Positions 7,944 through 15,315 of a stretch of DNA of 24,150 bases are shown piece after piece. Each line of letters starts with the position of its first letter. Position 1 is the stretch's first letter. The notes under the pieces were generated by a model, which had not been told where the DNA came from, did not search any database, and saw only the letters and a list, made by a program, of their open reading frames with translations. Source of the stretch: a virus (Duplodnaviria > Caudoviricetes); the IMG/VR virus record IMGVR_UViG_3300033412_000062, positions 1 to 24,150 of that record. One strand, written 5' to 3'. The translations under genes and the position numbers were made by a program.

Positions 7944-8467
7944 AGCAGGCCATCCGGAATCAGGCAGTCCATCCGCCCAGGCGGCGGGCCCCATGCCGGA
8001 TTCCACTGCGCGCCCGCCTGGACGCGCTTGGCGATCGCGCGCCATGTCTCATCGGTGAATTTGGTCGGATCGTCGGGCGCCGCGGCAGGTTTGCCGTCCG
8101 CCGACGGCGTTGCGATCGGCCGCCCAGCGCGCTCGAGCATGGAGATGCACCAATTCCGCCACGTCGAATCCCACCGCATCTTGATCCCCTTCGCTCCGGA
8201 TTGCGCGGTCCAGTAGTTTTTGAACTTGGCCGCCTCGCGGCTCACCTCCGCAGGCCGCAACCCCACCCTGAGCGCGTAGTCACGCCACTCCGCCGGCAAA
8301 TCCCAATCATCCGGCAATCGCGTCCCGCGCACAGCCCGATCAGCTGCGCCCCCCTTTTTCGGTTTAGATATCCGCGCCTCCTCGAAAATCTCGAGGATGC
8401 GATCCTCAATGTCGGCGCCGAGATTGAGCGCGCGCAGTTTGCGGAGCGTTGTGGATGTGAATGTCAC
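7940..8467 (-). CDS. DnaT-like ssDNA-binding domain replication protein
   Basis: RGTRLPDDW...EAAKFKNYW...KMRWDSTWRNW resembles the C-terminal domain of phage replisome proteins and DnaT. Confidence 0.7.
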   Translation of the reverse strand: MTFTSTTLRKLRALNLGADIEDRILEIFEEARISKPKKGGAADRAVRGTRLPDDWDLPAEWRDYALRVGLRPAEVSREAAKFKNYWTAQSGAKGIKMRWDSTWRNWCISMLERAGRPIATPSADGKPAAAPDDPTKFTDETWRAIAKRVQAGAQWNPAWGPPPGRMDCLIPDGLL

Positions 8468-9519
8468 TTTGCACCTCTCGATTTGCGATAGTCTTTCATG
8501 AATTCCTGCACAGCGGCGTGCACCGCAGTCACTACCGGCTTATTGCAAGGCCCCTTGACCTGATCAGACAGCCACCACCCATTCTCCCAGCGCAGGCCGA
8601 ACGTCGCGAGCCGCTTGTCGCCGGTGCCGCGGATCGAAAAAACCGCATAGTTTCCCCCGATGCAGGCGCCCACATAGGTCGAGACGCAATGATGCATTGC
8701 GCGCCCCTCGTCGAACAGTTTTTCCCCCGAATCGACCGCGACAAACCGCAGCCCCATGAATTCCCATTCGACCGGCAGACCAGCGACCTTGAACGTCTCG
8801 CTGTATTCGATGCCGTGATTGGCCTTGAAGCGTTGCGAGGCGTTCATCCGACCGAGTTCGACGTGCCACCGCTCCATTGCTTGATGCGCCTGGTCGAAGG
8901 TCCAACGCGGATCGAACCGCCCCCAATGCGCCAAATCAACCAGATCGCTGACGACCCTCAATTGCTCCTGTTGCGTGAACCGGTTAAGCCTCGATGCGGC
9001 CCACTCCGGATATGGCACGGGATCGAATCCCCTCCGACGGATTGAAAACGACCACCACCGATCCATCGCAATCAGCCACAAATGCTGATGAAACGACTTT
9101 TCCGGAATTGATTGCGCCAGAATCGACGGGCCAACCTCGTGCGATATCGCGCCGATGATCCGCGCCTTGCCCGGCGACAGCGCCTTGCCGCTCAACCTGC
9201 GCAACTGCGGCGCGATCTTGTAATGTCGCATCACGTCGCGCAGTTTCGGCCCGCTCTCGACCCGATTGCGAAACATGCCCGCGATCTGGCCATATGCAGC
9301 CGCTCGCGTGATTTTCTTGGCGCCACAGGACAGCCCGAGCACGAGAACTGGCGCCACCGTCAGATATTCGAGGGCGCGCTCACTGCGATGAATCGCGGCC
9401 GCCGCGACCCGCACGAGGGCAATGTTCGAATAGAGCTTGCGAGCCTCACGATCCGGCCCCGCCAGATCACCGAGCTCCAATTGATCAAACTGGAAAAGCT
9501 TGTCATCGACCGTGATCAT
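8464..9519 (-). CDS. PcfJ-like domain protein
   Basis: LFDEGRAMHHCVSTY...VFSIR...QVKGPCN motif. Start MITVDD coupled to the dnaB stop. Confidence 0.8.
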   Translation of the reverse strand: MITVDDKLFQFDQLELGDLAGPDREARKLYSNIALVRVAAAAIHRSERALEYLTVAPVLVLGLSCGAKKITRAAAYGQIAGMFRNRVESGPKLRDVMRHYKIAPQLRRLSGKALSPGKARIIGAISHEVGPSILAQSIPEKSFHQHLWLIAMDRWWSFSIRRRGFDPVPYPEWAASRLNRFTQQEQLRVVSDLVDLAHWGRFDPRWTFDQAHQAMERWHVELGRMNASQRFKANHGIEYSETFKVAGLPVEWEFMGLRFVAVDSGEKLFDEGRAMHHCVSTYVGACIGGNYAVFSIRGTGDKRLATFGLRWENGWWLSDQVKGPCNKPVVTAVHAAVQEFMKDYRKSRGAK

Positions 9520-10928
9520 TTGAAATCCGCCGCCTCCGATAAATCCTGCCGCCGATCGTCCATCTCCGCGATCTCGTCCCGAACAACGTTGCAAGCGATG
9601 TCGCAGAACAGCCGCACCGTGCCGACCGGACCGCGACGCTGTTTCTCGATTGCCACCTCGAGCCGATGCTCGACCGATTCCATCTCTTTCGTCCAAATCA
9701 GGAATTCCGCACTTCCCGCCGGCGGCTCCTTTTTGGCCAGGTAATAGGCCGCCCGATAGAGGATCAAAACCGTGTCGGCATCCTGCTCGATGTCGCCGGA
9801 GTTGCGCAAATCAGCCAGCGTCGGCCGCTTGTCGTCGCGCGATTCTACGCCGCGGTTGATCTGGCAGAGCAGGAAAATTGGCACCTCGAGCTCTTTGGCC
9901 AGCGCCTTAAGCCCCGTTGTGATTTCGCCCGTCTCATTGACCTTGTTACCCGCATAGCGTCCGGAGGCCTTCACCAGCCCGAGATGGTCGACCACCATCG
10001 CTTTCAGGCCGTGCCGCCGCTTCCAATGTCGCGCACGCGCCGCGATGTCCGACACCATGAGGCCCGGCTGTTGCTCGATCCGGATCGGCAACTCGGCGAG
10101 CTCGCGCCCGGCATCCATCACCCGATGGAAAATGTTTTCGTGAAACCGACCCGACGCCATTTGCCAATACGTCATACGCTTGCCAGGTTGCCACATATGA
10201 TCGGCGATCATGCGCTGAGTCAGATCGACGTCGACCATCTCCGCGCTATAGAAAAACACCGAATGCCCGGCGAGGCCGATATTGCGCGCGATCCCGAGCG
10301 CCAACGCCGTTTTGCCCATGCCCGGCCGCCCAGCAATCACAATGAGTTCACCCGCCGCCGCGCCGAGCGTCCGATCATCTAGCGCCGCAAGGCCGTAGGA
10401 CAGCCCCCGCACCTTGCCGCTATTCTGGAAGGCGTGAGCCGTGGCATCGACCGCGCGCACCACCGATTCCCTCATCGTCACCGCCGGCGACCCAGAGGAC
10501 TGCCGAGCCGATACGATCCCATCGAGGGCCTCGACCGCCCAACTCGCCGCCTCCGCCGGATCTCCATTCGCCGAGCGGCCGAGTTCCTCCCCGATCGCCT
10601 TGAGCTCGCGCCGGTGCGCCATGTCGCGGATCGAATCGGCAAGTTGCACCGCCTCCGTCGGCAGGCATGCCGCGACCGCGCAGCGTGCAAGATAGTCCTT
10701 CACCGACAGATCATCGCGCCCCTTGATCTCCGCCGGCAGAAATTGCCGCAGCGTCACCGCCGAGGCTTTCTTGTCGGCGCCGACCAGATCGCCGATCACC
10801 TTCCAGATTTCTTGATGCAGCGGCTCGAAAAAGTCCTGCGGTAAAACCCGCGTCACCAGATGGCCCACCGAAGCGTTGTTCATCAGCGCGAAGCCGATCA
10901 CCATCTGCTCAGTTTCAATGTCATGCAT
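9516..10928 (-). CDS. dnaB: Replicative DNA helicase DnaB
   Basis: N-terminal ETEQMVIG..DFFEPLHQEIW, Walker A GRPGMGKT, SAEM, VVDHL, QINR, LADLRNSGDIEQDAD, KQRRGPVG. Confidence 0.95.
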   Translation of the reverse strand: MHDIETEQMVIGFALMNNASVGHLVTRVLPQDFFEPLHQEIWKVIGDLVGADKKASAVTLRQFLPAEIKGRDDLSVKDYLARCAVAACLPTEAVQLADSIRDMAHRRELKAIGEELGRSANGDPAEAASWAVEALDGIVSARQSSGSPAVTMRESVVRAVDATAHAFQNSGKVRGLSYGLAALDDRTLGAAAGELIVIAGRPGMGKTALALGIARNIGLAGHSVFFYSAEMVDVDLTQRMIADHMWQPGKRMTYWQMASGRFHENIFHRVMDAGRELAELPIRIEQQPGLMVSDIAARARHWKRRHGLKAMVVDHLGLVKASGRYAGNKVNETGEITTGLKALAKELEVPIFLLCQINRGVESRDDKRPTLADLRNSGDIEQDADTVLILYRAAYYLAKKEPPAGSAEFLIWTKEMESVEHRLEVAIEKQRRGPVGTVRLFCDIACNVVRDEIAEMDDRRQDLSEAADFK

Positions 10929-11292
10929 TGTTGCGCGACCCAGCAATTCCGAGGGCGACCTTAGCCGCGTGTCGCCGCTCCCATTCCGATTTTGGAATCG
11001 ACTTGACCCGATGAAATTCCTCGTCCGCCTCGAAATCGGCAGAGACGCTCATAACCTGCGCCAGGCATTCAAGCGTGATCTGGCATTGTCCGATTTCTTG
11101 TGGGATCACACCGGCCGGCCGCGAATAAACCCGCAGCGCGATCGACCGCACATCACCGATCGGCAGCCCCATTGCCTGCCCGAGCTCGATCGCCTCCTCA
11201 AGGAAACGCCGCGCGCGTTCCGTGTCGTCAGCTGCAATCTCGCCGAAATTCTCCACTGCCCAACTCAAGATTTCCGCCGGTCTATTCGCCAT
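10921..11292 (-). CDS. MazG-like all-alpha NTP pyrophosphohydrolase-fold protein
   Basis: RFLEEAIEL...QEIGQ (EExxE...ExxD-like, with the last Asp replaced); RBS AGGGGAG. Confidence 0.6.
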   Translation of the reverse strand: MANRPAEILSWAVENFGEIAADDTERARRFLEEAIELGQAMGLPIGDVRSIALRVYSRPAGVIPQEIGQCQITLECLAQVMSVSADFEADEEFHRVKSIPKSEWERRHAAKVALGIAGSRNNA

Positions 11293-11309
11293 CGTCGCTC
11301 CCCTGTTTC

Positions 11310-11822
11310 CACGATTCAGATTCTAGAATTCTTCCCTATTGATAGACTCTTTTCCCCTAACCTAGAGTTTCAGCCATTCAGCAACGCAAAGCGTTGTGAA
11401 TGGCGACACAGGCCACCCATAGGCAGGAGCGATTCCCGCCTACGGCTGCCGGGGCAATGTCGATTTTTCCGACCTCAATCGAGGGCGCAAAAACTAACAC
11501 GCACTTGCGACACGATGCCGGGGGCATCTCGGCCCGACCATTCGCGGAGTCTTGTTCGCGCCGAGGACGCGGATATCCGGGCTTTACTCCCAAGCCATGC
11601 CCGCCGGCCTCCGATATCAATCCATCCATCGGCCGGTTTTGGACGCGCGCAGGCGGATCGGTGTCCGCGTGACCTACGCACGCGACCGATTTTGCAACTT
11701 TGGCGCTTGTCAGGAGGGTTGACGGAAAGGGGTGAATTACCTATTTTCCGTTCCTGACCGATCGCCGCCAAGCAATCTCGGTCTTAGTTTCCGGCCCCGC
11801 AGTTTGTCGCTGCGGGGCCGTT
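11310..11822 (-). ncRNA. Candidate ~500-nt structured RNA (replication primer or leader-like)
   Basis: No convincing ORF. Hairpins at 11373-11404, 11420-11442, 11604-11636, 11644-11684 and 11709-11758; plus-strand A-C mismatches become G-U on the minus strand. Upstream TTGACG promoter. Confidence 0.5.
11719..11747 (+). promoter_or_regulatory. Sigma70-type promoter of the antisense RNA
   Basis: TTGACG, 17 bp spacer, TATTTT. Confidence 0.7.
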
Positions 11823-11828
11823 GTTTTT
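11754..11828 (+). ncRNA. ~75-nt counter-transcribed antisense RNA (ctRNA/RNAI-like)
   Basis: Promoter upstream, hairpin GACCGA...TCGGTC (11756-11783), then an intrinsic terminator; antisense to the replication operon. Confidence 0.65.
11792..11828 (+). terminator. Rho-independent terminator
   Basis: Perfect 11-bp stem CGGCCCCGCAG/CTGCGGGGCCG followed by TTGTTTTT. Confidence 0.85.
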
Positions 11829-11855
11829 GTATGCCTGTCATCCGGCATACGTCAA
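11826..11855 (-). promoter_or_regulatory. Candidate leftward promoter with overlapping inverted repeat
   Basis: TTGACG (11855-11850) with a weak -10 (CATACA at 16 bp or TACAAA at 18 bp); 7-bp IR GTATGCC/GGCATAC at 11829-11850. Confidence 0.45.
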
Positions 11856-11999
11856 TGGATATACGCCGAACGAGGTAACTAGGGCTTGTTGCTCAGACAG
11901 AGCGACACACCATACCTGCGATCTTCATGCTTTCGAGGGATGGAATTTAATTGTGAAAGAGCAGGCAAATCGCTGTTGACCCCACAGCGAATTGGAGTC

Positions 12000-12605
12000 C
12001 TATCGACTGAGTCGCGGGGCGAGAGGCTTCCAAGAGACGCGCCGCAACTCAGTCTGATTCGCCCACCCGCGACGCCAGCAGAACCAGGCAAAGGCCATCG
12101 TATTCGTCGACTTCGGCCCCGCCCAGCCGTCCCGATGCATCATCGGCAACCGATTGCGGAAAACATAGACGCGCGCGAGATCCCCGCCGTCCATAATGTC
12201 CGACCGCGACGACCCCTCTAGAAACGCCAGCCGCATCAGCATGTAAACGCGCGGACAGAGTTCGATCGCTTTCCGCGCGAACTCCGTGGCATTCTTGAAA
12301 GGTGGATTTGTCACGATCGCCTGAGCCCCGAGAGGCAATTGCCGCTCGAGCAGAAAATCCCACCCGGCCATATCTTGATCTGGCGAATCGTAGTCGACGA
12401 GATCCGTGGCGTAGACCTGCCGCCCAGCCGCGCGCAGCACCCGCACGATCGATCCCGGACCGCACGCCGGCTCCCAAATCAATTGCGGCACATCCTCGAC
12501 CTCGAGCAGCGCATGCACCGCCTCCGGAGGCGTCTCATAGAGTTGGTTTTTCGTCTCTTTCAACGCATGGCGCTTGTCGCCATTGCCCGAGGCCAACTGT
12601 TTCAA
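12000..12605 (-). CDS. Amino (N6-adenine-type) DNA methyltransferase, small phage type
   Basis: LYETP, SAM-binding WEPACGPG, TDL, catalytic IVTNPPF. Confidence 0.85.
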   Translation of the reverse strand: MKQLASGNGDKRHALKETKNQLYETPPEAVHALLEVEDVPQLIWEPACGPGSIVRVLRAAGRQVYATDLVDYDSPDQDMAGWDFLLERQLPLGAQAIVTNPPFKNATEFARKAIELCPRVYMLMRLAFLEGSSRSDIMDGGDLARVYVFRNRLPMMHRDGWAGPKSTNTMAFAWFCWRRGWANQTELRRVSWKPLAPRLSR

Positions 12606-13081
12606 ATCTGCATCTCCGGTTCGGAAGGTCCAACATCATCCCACCGCCAGGCCGAGACCCGCAGCCGCGGAAAATCACTGTAGCATTTCGAGATTTGCCA
12701 CATCACGATCAGGGAGTCGTCGACCCAACAGATTTTGTTCAAGGCGTCGCCAGCGATCTTCGCGTAATTGTCGCCGTCCGGTTTCGACGTCGCCGGAATA
12801 TCACCGGCCGCAGCTGCGGTCCGTTTCTTTATCGACCAGGATTCCGGTATCGGCACGAACGCCTCGACCATCACCGTCAAGGCCTCATCGAACGGCGCCC
12901 GCGCGCCCATCGCAACGCGCCCAGCCAGCGCCAGCGCCGATTCGTATGCCGCGCCAGCCGGATCGGGATAGGTTTGTACCCACGGCGCCCGGCCGTTCGG
13001 CGTCACCACCCGCGACCGATGGCGCTTTTTCCCCATCGGGACGCCGGGCAGCAGGATTGTCACTAACGGATCATTGCTCAC
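12602..13081 (-). CDS. rusA: Holliday junction resolvase RusA
   Basis: KPDGDNYAKIAGDALNKICWVDDSLIV catalytic motif. Confidence 0.92.
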   Translation of the reverse strand: MSNDPLVTILLPGVPMGKKRHRSRVVTPNGRAPWVQTYPDPAGAAYESALALAGRVAMGARAPFDEALTVMVEAFVPIPESWSIKKRTAAAAGDIPATSKPDGDNYAKIAGDALNKICWVDDSLIVMWQISKCYSDFPRLRVSAWRWDDVGPSEPEMQI

Positions 13082-13343
13082 GACTGCCCCGCATATATTT
13101 GAAAATCATCTCGGCCGTCGCGACTTCGGAGGCTTCCGCGATCGCTGGCCATCCGAGCTCGAGGATCACCGTTTTGTCATCCATCACGATTCCGACCTTG
13201 AACACACCGCGCGCCTTGGCATCGGCGATTTTGGCCGCGAATCCAGGATCAACGACCTCACCGCGCTCCGCCTGCTTGATCAGGCGCGCGATACTATTGG
13301 CTTGTGACCGCAGAACGCGCAGCGGCGATTGGGAAGTGGTCAT
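13071..13343 (-). CDS. Hypothetical protein (90 aa)
   Basis: Strong RBS AGGAGG before the ATG at 13343. Confidence 0.75.
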   Translation of the reverse strand: MTTSQSPLRVLRSQANSIARLIKQAERGEVVDPGFAAKIADAKARGVFKVGIVMDDKTVILELGWPAIAEASEVATAEMIFKYMRGSREQ

Positions 13344-13369
13344 TTTCAGCCCTCCTACCCTTAGACAAG

Positions 13370-13401
13370 CGAACGGCCCCGGGTTTCCCCGAGGCCGCCC
13401 G
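13370..13401 (-). terminator. GC-rich GAAA-tetraloop hairpin (terminator or processing stem)
   Basis: 14-bp stem with 3 G-U pairs on the minus strand and a GAAA loop; only a weak U-tract. Confidence 0.55.
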
Positions 13402-13433
13402 ATCTCGTCCCGCGCGCGCTCTTTTATCCACCG

Positions 13434-13505
13434 TGCCGGCACCGGGTTTTGCCGCTACCCGCAATTGCCCGTTAGGGCCGTCTTATAGCTTTAGACCATG
13501 CCGGC
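13434..13505 (-). ncRNA. tRNA-like cloverleaf RNA (non-canonical)
   Basis: GCCGGCA UG GUCU-AAAGCUAUA-AGAC G GCCC-UAAC-GGGC AAUUG CGGGU-AGCGGCAAA-ACCCG G UGCCGGC A. Confidence 0.6.
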
Positions 13506-13530
13506 TATTCGCGCGCGCCGCTGATTCTAG

Positions 13531-14340
13531 TTAGGCGTTGCCGGCAGGCTCGCTCCGCGTGAAGTAGCTTTCAGCCTCCTCGCGCGCGGCCTCTTTGCTG
13601 GCCTTCATGCTCGATCGCGTCGCCGGAACGGCCGCCGGGCGCCGAGGCGGGGCATCGTCGGCCTTGGGCGCGCGCGCCGTAGCCTTGGCGTCCTTCTCCG
13701 CCTTGGTGATCAAAGTGCGCTCAGAGCCAGCCGGAGGCTCCGCATTCGCCCCCTTTTTCCCCGAGCCAGGAGGCCGACCGCGCTTGCCGGCGCCACTCTT
13801 GCCAGCCTTGGCGTTCTCGGCGGCCTTCTTGGCATCCAGCTTGGAAATGCCGGACTTGATCTGCCGCTCCTGCTCCGCATAGAAGGCGTCCGACCAGGCC
13901 TTATATTGCGGTACCGAAGGATCATAGGGCGGATTGTGCGCCTCGTTGCGCATCGCCGCCTCTTGCCCTTCCTTCGCTGCACGGTCGACAGCCGGCACCC
14001 GCGGCTCGTCCAGGAACAGCGACAGTTGCTCGCCGATGTCCGCGCCGGAATAGGCGGCGGCGAGCATCCGATTCGCCATCTCGGCCTTGAACTCGGCCTC
14101 GCCCTCTGGCGTCGACAGCAGGATCGAATCCTTGACCATCTGCAGCTTGAAGCCGTCGGACTTGATTGTCTTGACGTAGGCCCGAAGCGTACCGCTGGCC
14201 TTGTCGAGCTTGGCTTTGAGCTCGGAATATTTGTCGCGGTGGACGAGGAATAGCGCCCTCGTTTCTGGATCCACCAGATTGTGCCCCTTCGCCTTTTTCG
14301 GCGCCTTGGCTTCGGTCTCAGACTTTTTTGGACGTGCCAT
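13531..14340 (-). CDS. GapR(DUF2312)-like protein with an RMF-like motif, AT-hook and basic tail
   Basis: GHN...LRAYVKTIKSDGFKLQMVK (GapR-like); AAKEGQEAAM...PPYDP..QYKAW (RMF-like); KRGRPPG. Confidence 0.6.
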   Translation of the reverse strand: MARPKKSETEAKAPKKAKGHNLVDPETRALFLVHRDKYSELKAKLDKASGTLRAYVKTIKSDGFKLQMVKDSILLSTPEGEAEFKAEMANRMLAAAYSGADIGEQLSLFLDEPRVPAVDRAAKEGQEAAMRNEAHNPPYDPSVPQYKAWSDAFYAEQERQIKSGISKLDAKKAAENAKAGKSGAGKRGRPPGSGKKGANAEPPAGSERTLITKAEKDAKATARAPKADDAPPRRPAAVPATRSSMKASKEAAREEAESYFTRSEPAGNA

Positions 14341-14566
14341 GAACGTGATCGCTCCGTGGAGTTAGGCGGCCATGCGCCGCGCAGTAGGAAGAACCGTTTA
14401 TTGCATCACGCGAACAAAAATGGAAATCAGGACTCATCACGTCTCCAATGGGGAAACGGCATTGCGATCCGATCGCACCAGGAGCACCGCGCAGCGCTGA
14501 GACGGCCGCGAATACGCCGCGCGGCGCCTCTTCCTCACACGACAACACAAAAGCGGCCAGACCCAT
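14318..14566 (-). CDS. GcrA C-terminal domain-only protein
   Basis: CRFPIGD...FHFC...GSSYCAAH matches the GcrA C-terminal signature; no N-terminal HTH. Confidence 0.75.
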   Translation of the reverse strand: MGLAAFVLSCEEEAPRGVFAAVSALRGAPGAIGSQCRFPIGDVMSPDFHFCSRDAINGSSYCAAHGRLTPRSDHVHGTSKKV

Positions 14567-14581
14567 CGGAGCACCAGATTT

Positions 14582-14827
14582 TCAAGGATTCGGGAGAATG
14601 TCCTTGGCTGGCCATCCTGTTATTTTTGAGATCGGCTCGACATATTTCCGGGGAATAGCCCGTTTGATGAACTCGCCGACGGCTTTCCGGTCGGCGCCGA
14701 GCTCGTCCGCCATCAGCTTCACGGCCCCATGCTCCCGGCCGTTTTTCTCGACAAAGAATGCCAGGACGCGCGCGGCGGCCGCGGCGTTTTCCTTTTGGGC
14801 GGTTTTGGACTTCACAGGTTTGGCCAT
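14582..14827 (-). CDS. Cro/YdaS-like HTH regulator
   Basis: GAVKLMADELGADRKAVGEF...IPRKYVEPISKITGWPAKDILP; first gene of the leftward arm. Confidence 0.7.
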   Translation of the reverse strand: MAKPVKSKTAQKENAAAAARVLAFFVEKNGREHGAVKLMADELGADRKAVGEFIKRAIPRKYVEPISKITGWPAKDILPNP

Positions 14828-14844
14828 GAATTCAACCTACACCC

Positions 14845-14922
14845 GAAAATAAATATTGACAATGGCAATTCGCGGGCGCATGGTCGCGACATCAGGGCAG
14901 CGCGCCCTAACCCTTCGGGAGA
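14845..14922 (+). promoter_or_regulatory. Sigma70-type promoter plus conserved leader (copy 2)
   Basis: GAAAATAAATATTGACA, 17 bp spacer, CATGGT; leader CAGGGCAGCGCGCCCTAACCCTTCGGGAGA. Confidence 0.75.
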
Positions 14923-14928
14923 TCGAAA

Positions 14929-15129
14929 ATGACCCAAGCCGAAAAGACATTTCTCAACCGCATGGTGCCGCACATGATGGCCGGGCTTTCTTTTGAGGAA
15001 GCCGGTCGCGCCGTATTGGCAGACGACGAGCGCATTTGGCTGGCAACCATGGCGCAGGACGATACCGGGCTCGCTATCCGCCAGAATATCACCACCCTCG
15101 TTTATGCAAATTTGCGCGCGAAGGCCTGA
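14929..15129 (+). CDS. Hypothetical early protein
   Basis: RBS GGGAGA; first gene of the rightward arm. Confidence 0.75.
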   Translation: MTQAEKTFLNRMVPHMMAGLSFEEAGRAVLADDERIWLATMAQDDTGLAIRQNITTLVYANLRAKA

Positions 15130-15132
15130 GCC

Positions 15133-15315
15133 ATGATCATCGAAACCTCCGACAATCGCTTTTACCGCGTCACCGAAACCGGTGACGCCAATCTCGCCCA
15201 TGTCTGGTACGGCGCCCGCGTCAAGAAGGACAAGAAAACCGGCGAATGGGTGCGCACCGGCAAATGGTCCGTCGAACTCGTCCGCAAGGCCGCAACTCGC
15301 GTGGTGGAGGCGTAA
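15133..15315 (+). CDS. Hypothetical protein
   Basis: Operon packing and codon usage. Confidence 0.7.
   Translation: MIIETSDNRFYRVTETGDANLAHVWYGARVKKDKKTGEWVRTGKWSVELVRKAATRVVEA

Noticed and set aside
7944-8045. Extended N-termini given by the ORF track (also 9520-9696, 16626-16874, 15542-15721)
   Set aside because: They overlap upstream genes; internal ATGA/GTGA-coupled starts fit better.
10876-11757. 293-aa plus-strand ORF across the non-coding gap, and the 83-98 aa ORFs within it
   Set aside because: Antisense to the mazG-like gene and dnaB, Arg/Pro/Ser-rich with no motif or RBS; typical GC-rich shadow ORFs.
11970-11990. Hairpin TCGCTGT/ACAGCGA after the N6-MTase stop
   Set aside because: Only a 7-bp stem with a 3-nt U-tract; too weak to call a terminator.
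6411-12605. Restriction-modification system
   Set aside because: No cognate restriction endonuclease next to either MTase; orphan phage MTases are common.
13434-13505. Canonical tRNA call
   Set aside because: No 7-nt anticodon loop, no TTC loop and no D-loop GG; reported only as tRNA-like.
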